A stretch of DNA of 63,799 nucleotides, filler included, from Basidiobolus ranarum (taxonomy: Eukaryota): assembly GCA_040143965.1 (NCBI GenBank). It is 18 parts of 18 records of this genome, joined end to end, with 100 filler letters (N's around TTAATTAATTAA, not from the genome) between each part and the next. Parts side by side here need not be neighbours in the genome. Positions count along the whole stretch, not along the records: positions 24,904 to 28,355 come from JASJQH010009356.1; positions 28,456 to 31,905 come from JASJQH010009357.1; positions 32,006 to 35,453 come from JASJQH010009358.1; positions 35,554 to 39,001 come from JASJQH010009359.1; 14 more parts are not named here. One strand, written 5' to 3'. Position 1 is the first letter of the stretch; every line of letters starts with the position of its first letter. Positions 25,910 to 39,101 of this stretch are shown piece after piece. The translations under genes and the position numbers were made by a program. The notes under the pieces were generated by a model. That model was given only the letters and a program-made list of their open reading frames with translations, made no database searches and was not told where the DNA came from.

Positions 25910-25922
25910 GGGGCTCATAGCC
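25910..25922 (-). promoter_or_regulatory. Primer-binding site complementary to the anticodon arm of tRNAi-Met (half-tRNA priming)
   Basis: GGCTATGAGCCCC directly after the LTR end; equivalents at 46573-46585 and 49486-49498. Confidence 0.82.
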
Positions 25923-26250
25923 TATTGGGAAGATATGGGCTGTTTAGAAGAACTTTAGAAAAGTAGAGTTGTGAATAGCATTGTGAGATAATTATTTATT
26001 ATCCAGAAATAGAGTATTTATACATTTTGGTGGTCATACAGAAAACTAACACTGGTATTTTGTTCAGAACATCTGTGGGAGTAAAATGAGCTATTTTTGG
26101 GGCAATTTGGACAAGTTTGAAAGTTTCAATATGGAATTGCTAAATCTACATTATTCCATTACATATATAATATATGTTCCAATTTGCAGTGAGATGATAT
26201 TGGACTTAGTAATGCTACCTAACTTATGTGTGATATATGAAATAGTCAGG
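25923..26250 (-). mobile_element. 5' LTR, family C (outer boundary approximate)
   Basis: Abuts the PBS; a second copy lies at 52919-53180. Confidence 0.75.
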
Positions 26251-26279
26251 TGTATAAAAATTGAGATCACAAATATGAT

Positions 26280-27331
26280 AAAGACAAAAAACCTCAACAG
26301 CATTCTTGTTGACCCTACCAGTGAAATTAACCCCACTAAAGTGCTTACTACTATGCCAGAAGCGGTAGTACCTTTGTCTCAAACCAGGAGATCAAATTGG
26401 ATCAAACAAAGCCCTGATAGCCATATCAAAAAGTCCCAAAATTGGGCCTATGCCTGCAGAGCTCAAATAGTTTGCCCCAGACTGTAAGAGAAGCCCTTAA
26501 TAGCACTCCCATGAAATTTTGGACATCTGCAATGGCTGATCAGTACCAGGCTTTGATTTATATTCAAACTTGAATTTTAACCAACTTACCTGATGATGGA
26601 GAATCAATTGGCTGCTGATAGGTGCTTAAAGTTTAACACAACTCTGAAGGCAATAGAGAAAGGTATAAAGTGCTTCTTGGAATATGAAGAAATAACCTAA
26701 CATAACACTTTAAGCCACACACAGAGGCAGAATACTGAGTTGCTAGTGACTCAGCTAAAGAAGCAACAAGGCTAAGAAACCTATACCAGATTTTGACCTT
26801 TCTCAAAATTCACTAACAACAATATTTCCGGATAATAACAGTAATATGAAGTTAGCTAGAAAGCCTAGGTTTCATACCATAAGGAAGCATGCAGATATTA
26901 GGCATCACTTGATTAGAGAAACTGCAGAGATTAAGTTTATTAACCCAACTTATTATTCTACCAAAAACATGATTGTGTATGTATTAGCTTATGTGACTAT
27001 ATAGCTGGAAGAGAATGTTGAAGCTAGCATTGCCTAAGCATCTATATAGTTACATATGTATATTAACATTTAGCTATTTTCAATTATACAAAGATATTAC
27101 ATACTATTCCCCCTTGGAATTTACTTAGAACATGTGTTCTAACTTAGAAGATCCCAGATATATTGATTTTTTTGAACTTGTGCTAGAGGCCCCAAACATT
27201 CTACAGGTATATTCTCTTACCTCTAAACAAAGTTATCAATTAAATTTCTACTTCATAAATCCATTAGTGAAAACCACCAATTTTTCTATTTATGTAAACC
27301 AGTGCCAACAAGTTCCCAAAACACTTTAACA
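26280..27331 (+). mobile_element. Highly decayed copia pol end with 3' LTR-A (27016-27331)
   Basis: TRRSNWIK, EAEY and KHADIRHHLIRE remnants; purine tract GGAAGAGAA before the LTR. Confidence 0.8.
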
Positions 27332-28455
27332 TACACTTCTTCAAAATCCTCCATTACAGCAATTTGGTATATTGAAAATGTGTAGTAACTCCTAAAGATC
27401 ATTGTGTTAAATACATTGAAAATGATACAACCCACATAACACATCATCAGAAAACCTTTTCTCATCACTCAATATTAAAGAATTTGGTCTATTGTGTAAA
27501 TAAAGCTTGTGCTACTATAGCTCTTGCAAAGAGAATAGTTAGCCAACATGTGTAGAAATCAACTGCTAAGTGGAAGTTCCAATATTTGAAGATCTGGGTT
27601 GCGACGCACATAGTTTTCTGTTAGTATGGATTAGTATGGATATAGCCAATTCAGTGATGCTGACTGGGGACAGGGAACTTATGAAGGAAGATCACTGATT
27701 GGAGATATCATTCCTTACTGTATTTAAGTCATCTCTTGAAATATAAAGAAACAGTCAACTATCATTAACACTATATTTGCATAGTTGTTATTCAGAATAT
27801 TGATCAACCATCACATTTGAGAGTTGCACAACTTAGATAACACCGATTTGCAATGAAAAGTTAGGATTATTGTTACAATAGATATGCTTTGGCCAATTCT
27901 CAAACCTGTTAGTAGATGAATGGGATAGCAGCTACATTATCAAGCGCATATTTCAGAGTGACGTTATTATGTAGATATTGGAACCACAGTAATATCGCTT
28001 CCTGTGATTTTGTATTCTAGCATTAGCATTGATGAAAGAATTTCGGGTCTGTGGAAGAAATATATATAATACGGAGGATCTAATATCTGACCGGAATTTT
28101 AGTGTTTATGCTTCTGGAAACATGGCTTTACAATCTTTCAGTCCATAACTTTGCTACAACTCCCGTAAAGCAAATCGTCAACGTTTCAGTTGATGTTGCT
28201 GCAGTCTAATAATTTAATAAAGAATTCTCCAATATTGCTGATACAGTCAGAAGTTAGTAAGGCACATACCTGCTCAAGCAAGTACTTATTCTAAACATTG
28301 AATTTACACGCTATCTTGGTCTCACTTTGAGGTAATATTGTTTGTAATTAGAAAANNNNNNNNNNNNNNNNNNNNNNNNNNNNNNNNNNNNNNNNNNNNT
28401 TAATTAATTAANNNNNNNNNNNNNNNNNNNNNNNNNNNNNNNNNNNNNNNNNNNN

Positions 28456-30242
28456 AAGTGAAGAGATTGTAATCCCCCAATTACGTAGTAAATCAATAGT
28501 TGAGCAAAGTTCAACCAAAACACCATCAAGACCATCAACTTCCAAAATGGCTACTTTGCCCACTATTGAACAACCCTTGGTAGAAAATTTGGATAGAATT
28601 ATTACAACAAGGGAATTGCAGGCAGAACACCATTTTGATTTGTATAAAATCATAAGTAAAAACCATGAAGTTGCTATACTGGCCATGACAGGCAAAAATG
28701 CTGCAATATTGCAATTAATGCTGCATTTGGAAGCAACTAGTCAACTGTTAGAGAGTCACTTAATAATGATACGAGACCTTCAGAACACAGTACTTGAGCT
28801 ACATCAACATGCTGCTCTCTCCATCCATTCACATATGCAATTTCAATCAATCCCACTCCATACATATGAACGTCACCATGACAATCTAGCAGAGTAGAAT
28901 ATGTGTTGTACCATTAAGACTATACAATGACCTGGAATTGCTTGGGCACATGAAAGTAGAAATCTCACAGGACAACGGGCAAACCAAAAGACTCTGAATG
29001 TCAGAGCTGCCATCACCTGCTCTGATGATGAGTTGTGTAATATTTTGAAAACTGTGCGGAATCTTTCCCAAAATCACCTGGATTTGAGCCAATTGTGGAA
29101 AAACCAAAAACCTGGTGTTACTCTGAAAGATCTTGACTTATTTCATGTTGCTTATCTTGTGTTTTTGCAAGCAAATGGCAATTGGGCTAGTATAGGCCTA
29201 TTCATGAAACATTGCAAAAATGTACACAATTATTGACTTGGAAAAGAAAGAAAAGCAGCTAAAGAAGTAATGATGGTGCTGGAGGTTAGTAAACTAATAA
29301 GGAAAAGCAAAGGAGCCAGTGAGTTTAGGCTATACTGTCCCACTTACCAAATTCTTCACAACATTACAAAGATCTGCATTTCCAGAGTCAGATATACCAG
29401 CAAAAAAGCTTAATATCACCATGGAACTGGATACACATGTTGGAAGAGTGCTATATTCAGAAGTTTATCCAACACCTGTCACCTGTCAACAAGCCAAAAC
29501 ACCAGCAAATAAAACTTGCTGCTCTCCAACCTCAACTAGTACTTTTCAAAATGTCAAAGTTAGCCCCAAAGGTAAAGGCAAGCAATAAGCCATACAAACA
29601 CCGCAATGCCCCCTCAGTAGTGTCACACTACAAGGATATACAAAAACAGTCAAAGTGCTGAGGAGTATTTTCTAAAGTATGAAGGGAAAAATGCAGTGCA
29701 AGTATGCAGAAAGTGGCATCAGAAGAAGAATATTCAACTTGACATTCAGTATGGTGTTGTCTGTGCAGATATCTGGGAAGAACTTAATACAGAGTGGCAC
29801 AATATTGCAGGGTATCTGCCAGATAGCTGGAAGAATGTTGATTCAGCAACATTAATACAATGGTGGGCTTTGATGGAGATATTGATACAAACTTGTGTTG
29901 GGTATGAGCTAAACCATGGGAATGAAGAACTTGATAAAAATATTCAGGAGAATATATCAAAGAGACTAGGGATTTTGAAGGTTACAAATTAGCATTCAAG
30001 TAGTAATTGTAAAAATTTGAGTTACATTTTTTGCACTTGTGTTGATCCATAGTTCACTGAGATTGTAGCCAATCATGTGCAACTACTTTGCAAGATGTTG
30101 AAATATCACTCCTACAGCTGAAAAAATTGATTACAATCAAATCTAACTTGATGATTTTATGATGTTAAGTAAATGGTGAATCCCAAATGGATTAAAATTG
30201 TGATGATTTCCTACAATAACAATCCTCAAATTTCTGTTAGGG
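28456..30242 (+). mobile_element. CMC transposon ORF2 (most of its length) and terminus TGTTAGGG
   Basis: ORFs 28547-28897, 29033-29236, 29319-29588 and 29696-29992 form one interrupted frame; terminus at 30235-30242. Confidence 0.9.
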
Positions 30243-30354
30243 GACTAGTAGTCCTAACTAGCTTATATTTGCTATATGAAGTAGATAGGAGTATAAAGAT
30301 AGAGATAACTAATATGTAAAAGACAATAAACTTTGAGACTTGTAGGGTGACCCT

Positions 30355-31905
30355 ACTCAGGGTGCTTTGCAGTGTTTGTGTGGCTTTTTGATTGCCTCTA
30401 TCTTTGGGGCTAATTTCAACTCTTTGAAAAGAACCAGTTGAGTTTGGAGATCCATGAGTTTTATTTGCTGGTATTTTTGCTTGTTGTGAGATGCTATGTG
30501 TTATATATAAACTTCCAAATTTAGCTCTCTTCCAACTGGTGTACCAGGTTCCATAGTAAGATTAAGTTTTTTTGCCTCTATATGTGACTCTAGAAATGCC
30601 GATCTTTGTATTTGTGTAAGAAATTGGTAAGTGGAATAGCAGAGCCTAAGCTCATTGGCTCCTTTGCTTTTCCCTTGGGTTTACTAACTTCCTGCACCTT
30701 GAGTACTTATTTAGCTGCTTTTCTTTCTTTTCCAAGTTCATAATTACATACATTTTTGAGATGTTTCATGATTAGGCCTACACTAGCCCAATTGCCATTT
30801 ACTTTCAAAGACCCAGGACAAGCCATGAAAAATTAGTCAAGAACCTTCAGAGTAACACCTGATTCTTTGTCTTTCCACAATTGGCTCAAATCAAGGTGAT
30901 TTTGGGCATGATTCTGCACAGTTTCCAAAATGTTAAACCACTCATCATTTGAGCAAGTTATGGCAGCATTTACATTTGGAGTCTTTTGGTTTTCTGGTTT
31001 CCTATGAAGTTAGGGACTTTCATATATATGTTGTGGGATTGATTGAAATCTTGCATGAGAATGGACAGAGAGTGCGGCATGTTGCTGTAGCTCAAGTACA
31101 GCATTCCAAAGGTCTTGTAACACTGTTGAGTGACTATCTAACTATTGACTAGTTGCTTTGGGATGCTTCATTAATTAGAATATTGCAACATTATTGCTTA
31201 TCATGGCCTGAATAGCAACTTTGTAGTTGTTACTTATGACTGCATGCAAATCATTATGGCATTCAACCACTTTGATCAAACCAGTTAGTCCAAACAACTT
31301 TGAGGACTTGCTGCTAGATGTTGACCTTGGTTATTCTGGTACTGATGGTAGTCTATCAGCCATTGAAGAAGAAGTCAATGGTTTTGTTACAGACTCTTTG
31401 TTATGAGCAAGCATTAGTCCACTCATAACACTTACAGTAAAGGAGGCAGCTTTGCTTATTAAGGAGTGGATAGTTCAATCTAATCTTAGCTACCAGGTGT
31501 TTACTGCTTTTCTTACACTTTTACCACTGTTGATTGGCAACTGTTGCATGCCACAGACCTGGTACAAGTGGAAAGCACCTGTCAATAGTATGACTTACAA
31601 TCCTTGAGTAATTAAACTACCGGTGTCCCAATGATTGTTTAGCTTTCAACAGTGATATGAAAAACGCAAAGTCATACACCATTGGCAAATAATTGGCAAT
31701 CATGGAATCAGGTAAGTATTATTTGTATTCAGCTTACATAGCATTGATTCCCCATCTTGAAGTTTTGACGAAATCACCCAAAGATATATCCTTGATCCAA
31801 TACCAAAGTACTGACCATAAAACTGATGGTTTTACCAATATATTTGATGGAGATCACTACCAGAATCACCAAATTCAAAGTTTATTTGTGGGCACGTATG
31901 ATCAA
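30355..31905. mobile_element. CMC deletion derivative: ORF2 (minus, 30355-31265) fused directly to transposase (plus, 31265-31905)
   Basis: The junction near 31265 removes both start codons and the intergenic region seen at 61143-61355. Confidence 0.82.
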
Positions 31906-32005
31906 NNNNNNNNNNNNNNNNNNNNNNNNNNNNNNNNNNNNNNNNNNNNTTAATTAATTAANNNNNNNNNNNNNNNNNNNNNNNNNNNNNNNNNNNNNNN
32001 NNNNN

Positions 32006-34573
32006 ATATGTGTTCAAAAAGAAACATTAACTTTTCAGATTCTGGTAGAGATATCCATCAAGTATATTGTAATACCCTCAGCTTTATGATGAGTACTTTA
32101 GGAATGGATCAATGATCTATATATGGGTGATTTCATCAAAACTTTAAGATGGGGAATCAATGGTACAAATGCTATATATGATCAATATTTACCTGAATCA
32201 TTGATTGCTAATAGGGTGCAAACAGTACTTTACTTCAGCTTTTCAGATCACTAGTGAAAGGCAAAGAACCATTGGGACATGAAGTTAGTTAAATTACTCA
32301 AGGATTGTAAGTCATACATATGATCAGTGTGTTCCACTTGCAGCTGGTCTGAGTCAAGCAACAGTTGCCATTTAATGGTGGTACAAGTGTAAGAAAATTA
32401 ATTTACACCTGGATGCTAAGATTGATTTGAACTCTCCAGTCCTCAATAATCAAAGCTGCTTCCATTACTCTAGGTGTTATGAGTAGACTATGGCTTGCTG
32501 ATAACAAAGAGTCCATAACACAATGTTGTCTTCTTCTTTGTCTTCTGATACACTAGCATTAGTACTGGAATAACCAAGGTCAACATCTAGCAGCATGTAC
32601 TCAAAATTGTTGGGACTTACTGGTTTGCCCAAAGTTGCATTTCTATCCACATCATTCTGGTCATATAACAGTGGTATCTTCATGGTATCTTGACTTTCAG
32701 CAGTGTTACCAATATACCAGGTAAATTACAGCCAGTAAATTCATTAGGCAAAACTAGAGTTAATTTTGTTTGCTTATTACTATTGATATTCACCTGGCTC
32801 TGTGCAGCTGGTTACTTTGTACAGTTACCATTCTTGTGATGATTTTTTCAGTGAAGTCTCTGGCTTTTGTAGCACCAGAATTTGCAACAAGAATAGCATG
32901 ACTGCTTTAAAGTTTGTGTTGTGGCATGAGAAGGACACTGTCAAAAAAGAACACCTCCTACATAAGGATGGTATCTTATGTATAACCTATCAATATCATC
33001 AGCTGATTCAGAGATGGTGTCAAAGATGAGTCATTGGGGGAGTTACAAGATAGTTCTGGTAGAGAGGGCAATTTTGGCTTCTGATAAGCTGTTTTTAAGA
33101 TATTTCATCACACCAAGTTTACAATCTGAAAATTTCAATGCCATTCAAAGAGTATTCAAAATCTAATTTTTATTCATCTTCCAAGCAAAAGCCTGCAGGC
33201 ACAAAAGGAAAAAAGCAGCAAGAACAGAGGACTTAATTGAGCAGCAGTTGAGAAATCCTCTAACCACTTTGGAAGGGATTAGTATGCACAACATTAACAC
33301 AAGTAATGGACTTGTTCTATTGTACCAGGATTTATTGGACCCAGGATCAATAAAATAGAGTATATGTAAACAAAATAGATCAGGCTAGAGGGTGCTAGGG
33401 AGTGGCAAACTGGGGGGCATAAATTTTAGAATATTTGATCCAATATGATTTGTACAACACATTCTGGTACCATCACAGAGAACAAGTCCAAGGATGAAGT
33501 ATTAATCAATTTACCAGATATGTTCTTTGCCAGTAATGATGCAAGTGAGGAGATTGAAATCCCCCAATTATGTAATAAATCAACAGTTGAGCAAAGTTCA
33601 ACCAAAACACTGTCAAGACCATTAACTTCCAAAATGGCTATTTTGCCCACTAGTGAGCAACCCTCAATAGAAAATTTGCATAGAATTATTACAACAAGGG
33701 AATTGCAGTCAGAACACCATAATGATTTATATGCAATCATAAGTAAACCTTCAAAGTTGCTATACAGTCCATGATAAGTAATAACACTGCAAGGAGGTTT
33801 ATCAGCACCTTGCACCTCTCAACCAGCCATAGCATCAAGATAGAAGAGTCATGGCTCTCCAACCACAACCTGTACTTTTCATAGTGATGAACTAGCCCCT
33901 AACTTAAAGGGAAGCCAAGAGCTGCACAAAACCACCAAGCACCCTGGGTATTATCACAGTACAAGAACATATTAAAATATTAAGATTGCTTGAAGAGTAT
34001 TTTCAAAATTATTAAGGGAAAAATGCATTACAAGTATGGAGAAAGTGGCTTCAGAAGAAGAACATTCAACTTGACATTCAGTCTGGTTTTGACCATGGAT
34101 ATATATGAGAAGCACTTAGCACAGAGTGGCATTGTTTGGCAAGGTATCCACCAGATTGCAGGAAGAATGTTGATTCAGCAACATTAACACAATAGTTGGC
34201 TTTGATGGATATATTCATACAAACTTGTGCAGAATATGAGCTAAACCTTGGATATGAAGAGCTCTATAAAAAAATTCAGGAGAATAAATCAAAGAAACAA
34301 GGGATTTTGGAGGTGACAAATTTTCATGTAAGTACTAAATATCTAATACATCAGTTACATTTTTTGCATACTTTTTGATCCATAGTTCCCTGAGATTGTG
34401 GCCAATCATGTGCACAATTGTGCAACATCTTTAAATTTCACTCCTGAAACTAAACAATTGATTGAAATCAAATCTAACTTCACAATTTTATGAAGGTAAG
34501 TAAATGATCATACCAAAATGGATTAAAATTGGGATGGTTTTCTTACAATAACAATCCTCAAATCTCTCATAGG
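32006..34573. mobile_element. CMC transposon: transposase 5' part (minus), ORF2 (plus, rearranged) and degenerate terminus
   Basis: MKIPLLYDQNDVDRNATL on minus; EEIEIPQL...MAILPTSEQP on plus; conserved intergenic CAGCTGATTC.GAGATGGTGTCA. Confidence 0.85.
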
Positions 34574-35009
34574 AATGAAGAAATAAATTGTCTCCAAAGC
34601 AGAGTAAAAGTTGCTTCCACTCTGTCTAATTCCTGCTTCCCTAGAAAGGTAAGTTTCTTCTGTGTAAATGAGTATAGTGCATTCTGCATTGACTCATTTT
34701 GATATATACATCCAATAAATTAATTCAGAGCAGACTACAACTAACTTTAATGATGTGGTTTATTGTGTAATTTCAATGCAATTACTCATAATAAAATAAT
34801 TTGCATAATTAACATAAGCCAAAACTTTATTATGCACTATTTAAGGATTTTAGCATGCAAATGAAAATTGGAATATACTTATCAAATGCAAACTGATTAC
34901 TCCATATTGTACCTGATCAGTTGAAAACTGTTCACATGCTCTCCATTGACTCTAAATGATCATTTTTAATGAATCCCAAAGCAACTTAGTTTGAGGCTTG
35001 TTGATGTTA

Positions 35010-35453
35010 GTAAACTGTCAAAATTTTAATCCATTTTTTATTCACCATATACTTATCATCATAAAATTGTCAAGCAAGATTTGATTTTAATAAATATTTT
35101 CAATTTCATGAAATTTCAAGACCATGCAAAATTGCTGCATATTAGTAGCTACAATCTCAGAAAATAATGGATCAACACATGTGTAAAAAATTTAACTCAA
35201 ATTTTACACATTTGCCACATAAATGCTAATATATCACCTTTGAAATCCCTGGCTTCTTTGATATATTCTGCTGCATATTTCAAAGAGTTCTTTATACCCA
35301 AGGTTTAGCTTGTATCCAAGACAAGCTTGTATCAACATCTCCATCAAAGCCCACCATTGTATTAATATTGCTGAATCAACATTCTTCCAGCCATTTGGCA
35401 GATACCCTGCAATATTGTGCCACTTTGTATTAAGTCTTCCAAATATCTGCATA
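35010..35453 (-). mobile_element. CMC ORF2 C-terminal fragment, inverted relative to the preceding copy
   Basis: NTKWHNIAGYLPNGWKNVDSAILIQWWALME. Confidence 0.85.
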
Positions 35454-35553
35454 NNNNNNNNNNNNNNNNNNNNNNNNNNNNNNNNNNNNNNNNNNNNTTA
35501 ATTAATTAANNNNNNNNNNNNNNNNNNNNNNNNNNNNNNNNNNNNNNNNNNNN

Positions 35554-37565
35554 TGATTCCCCGTCTTAAAGTTTTGATGAAATCACCCAAATATAGATCA
35601 TTGATCCAATACCAAAGTACTCACCGTAAAGCTGATGGTATTACCAATATACTTGATGGATATTACTACCAGAATCTGAAAAGTCAAGGTTTCTTTGAGA
35701 ACACATATAAGCATGCATTGGCATTGGCTCTGGATGGTTTCTCACTAAACAAATATATTTTTTTAAAGCTAATATCATTGTATGTATTGGTGACACTCCT
35801 GCCATCAGTAAACTTGGATGTTTTTGTGGGCAAAATGCACTATCTTGCTGTAGATTTTGTCAAATCAATGAAGTTTACTCTAACAGGGATATCATTACTA
35901 CTATCCACATACAACACTAAACTTCATGATTTTACCATTGAGAGCCCGGTCAGATTTCAACATGATCACTGATATCAATTCATTAATTAGTCAGTCTAAC
36001 ATCAAACTTAGTATTAGCCATAAGCCTAAGATTATATTATTCAAGGGGCTCAGCTGGAGCCAGAGCTTCCCGTTGGGCACTATGCACTTACTATTGAACA
36101 ATATTTCAATATTACTTACTTAACTATATAGTGGGAAATTCATTATGAATGAGCCATTTGACATAGAATCAAAGTTTTAATTGATTGGGAAAATGCTTGA
36201 AAACATCAAGATACTATCATATTTTACTACGACTCCCATCAATATCCACTCATCTAGGAGTTTATTCCAATTCAAAAACTGGAAGTATTGGATTTGTATA
36301 TATTCAAGTAGAATCTTGAAAAGATTTCTGCCTGACAAGTATTGGCAACATTGGGAGCTGTTTGTCAATACTGTTAATATATCCTTATGGCATCAACTCA
36401 CATTGGCAGATCTCAGGCTGATACAGCAACTATGCAAAGATTTTCTAATAGGATATGAAAAACTTTATCACAGGTTTAAGAAAGATTGACTGAATCTATG
36501 CCAGTATTCAATACATTCCCACTGCATCTTTCACAATGCTTAGAGGTGATAAGCCCTTGCTATACATTCTGGGAGTTCCCAATGGAACACACCTGTGGTG
36601 AAACAAAACTCCAGGTGAAATTGTTGGTATTATCAGATGCTAATCTGATTGACAATGCATCAGCAAAATCAGTGATGGATGTAATTCCATGAGTAAAGCA
36701 GACTCCAGAGTATATTAACCTGCCAACAACGGGCTCTTTTCAATGTGCTCATGGGTTTTTGCATTGTTTGAGCACAAAAACAGCAACAAAGCCCAATCCA
36801 AGGATAGAGAGTAAGTACCTCTATAATTGGACTAATTTGTTTGTGTGATAACTTGACAGTATTTCTAGGAAAGCTACACCACAGACTACTTGGTGAGATA
36901 GATGGAAATATGCAGTATTATTGATTTAGGCAAAGGGTAATCCATTCCAGAAATGACATATCTACTTGTGGCAGGACATTTGTTGATTGCAAGTCAGGGA
37001 TATATTGGCTGAATTCTTTACGGAATTTTGCCAAAATCCAAGAGCTTATTCTCATTGTGAATGGTAACAAGAGTCATCTCTTGGCCTAGTGTCAGTGCTA
37101 TTAAAAACTTCAGATGTTTAGCAATTTTCCGCCTTTATTTTGCTGGTAAAGCATATTGATGTTGTTGAGTCATGTCTAATCAGTCACATATGTGCATATA
37201 TAGAAACTAACCACATCATGATTCTTGTATTTTTTGATTCTCATTATGGCTGGAATACAAAGCCTAAAATATCTAAATAAAGGCATGCATATTAATTTGA
37301 ATTCCTACAGCAGTAAAACCAGTAATTTGCCATTCAAGAATTATATTTTTGCAAAAATTGTGGGATATTGAATAACACATGCCAAATTTGTCGATCAATA
37401 TTTTAACATGTATGAATTCCATCAAAATACCATGAAGAAACCACCATCATACTGTAAAATCCCTGGCAGAATGCAAGCCACCAATATTGTGACCATTCTC
37501 TGATAGTTTTGCTCTTTTGGAGGGTGGATCCAATCTGGATCAAATTAATTTTATTTTTGTTAGGG
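35554..37565 (+). mobile_element. CMC/CACTA-like (Tnp2/Transposase_21-type) transposase catalytic and C-terminal region plus terminus
   Basis: LALDGF (D1), IGDTPA (D2), SFPLGTMHLL, NWKYW, YEKLYHRF and FWEFPMEHTCG (E); stop near 37280; terminus TGTTAGGG at 37558-37565. Confidence 0.9.
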
Positions 37566-37622
37566 TGAAGACAGGAGATCTACCACAGGATACTAATTTC
37601 TTTGCTCTAATGGAGCTACTTC

Positions 37623-39001
37623 TGTCATTATTTTGATCTTGGCATACTCATCTACTGCAAATAAAACTCTTCCATTATTAAATTATGACATCACATCTGC
37701 TGTGCCATTCCTTCTTGGAAATCTTGTGTTAGTTCATCCAGGTTATCTTATATAGAAGTGATGTTCTTTGTAACATTCTATGAAACCTAAATTGCCAAAA
37801 TTACTGTGGTTTTATTAACCAAGTAAAGGTCATCATCCGGTTAGATCTGCATTGCTGCCTCTCTGACAAAGCAAAAATAGGCTTAGTGGGAACACTATAA
37901 TCAGGAGCAGCTCTATCTTGGTTTGCTCCTTTGATGGAAAGTCAATCTCCACTTTGTTTAGGCTTCCTTGCCATTCTTGCTGAATTGGAAGCCACAATTG
38001 AAAATGCAGAAAAGGAAAGAACTTCCACCACCAAGCACTGTGCCCTCAAACAAGGGTCAAAGCCTGCAGCAACTTATGCTGCAGAATTCTGCCTTCTTGC
38101 CTGTGATCTCAATTGGGGATAATCTACCCTAATCAACCAATTCCAATATGGACTCTGAGAAAATAGTAAGGATCTTTTACTCGCCATGGTTGACCCAGTG
38201 ACTTTGACTGATACTATACATCAGGCAGCTATATGTGACCACCGGATGTTTGAAAGACAACAACAAAGAAATATAGCTCCTTTCTTCTCTCTTTCCTCAT
38301 CTACTTTCGGATCTCCCTTCCATCAAACCCAAAATACAGCTCAAACAGATGACCCAATGCAAATGGATTGAACTTTCTTCAGAAAGCTTAGCCATGAGGA
38401 GAAATATTGATGCCAAGAAGAGAATCTATGCCTCTATTGTGGAGCTCCTGGACATGTAGCAGAACCTGTTCAAAAAATAATTCTGGATTTAACATCAACA
38501 ATATACAAGCAGAAGCAAGCACCTCCCAACCATTGGAAAACTCAAAATGCCAAGCTGCAATAATGAGCATGTCATTGAGCTAATCATATTCAAAAAATGT
38601 TTCTTCACCATACATTGCAATTTCTGCAGTTGTACCAATCATTAAAGCTACCCATTACACTCCTGCTACCAAATTCCAAGTCAATAAAAGCAACTGTACA
38701 TCTTGATTCAGGTGCTTCCTCCTGTTTTATTGACTCTGCCTTTGTAAAATCTCACTCTATCCCAATAATCAAGATATCTAGTCCAGTCCTTGTAGAAGTA
38801 ATTGATGGAATGCTGCTATCTTCAGGTGCAGCAGCACATGAGACAACCTTTATGACACTCATGTCCACTGCTCATCAAGAAGAAATAGCCTTTAATATCA
38901 TTTCTTTACCTCACCACCCAGTGATCCTTAGTATCTCATGGCTCATGCAGCACAACCCAGTAATCAACTGGAAGAACAAGATTATCAAGTTTAAGCAAAC
39001 C
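37623..39001 (+). mobile_element. Ty3/gypsy LTR fragment, gag (CCHC knuckle) and aspartic protease
   Basis: LKQGSKPAATYAAEF, NQFQYGL, DPMQMD, LCLYCGAPGH, LDSGASSCFID and LSISWLMQHNPVINWK. Confidence 0.9.
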
Positions 39002-39101
39002 NNNNNNNNNNNNNNNNNNNNNNNNNNNNNNNNNNNNNNNNNNNNTTAATTAATTAANNNNNNNNNNNNNNNNNNNNNNNNNNNNNNNNNNNNNNNNNNN
39101 N

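Noticed and set aside
27965-28010. VDIGTTVISLP, resembling a pepsin DTGT motif
   Set aside because: The catalytic T/S is replaced, the frame is closed nearby, and there is no other pepsin motif.
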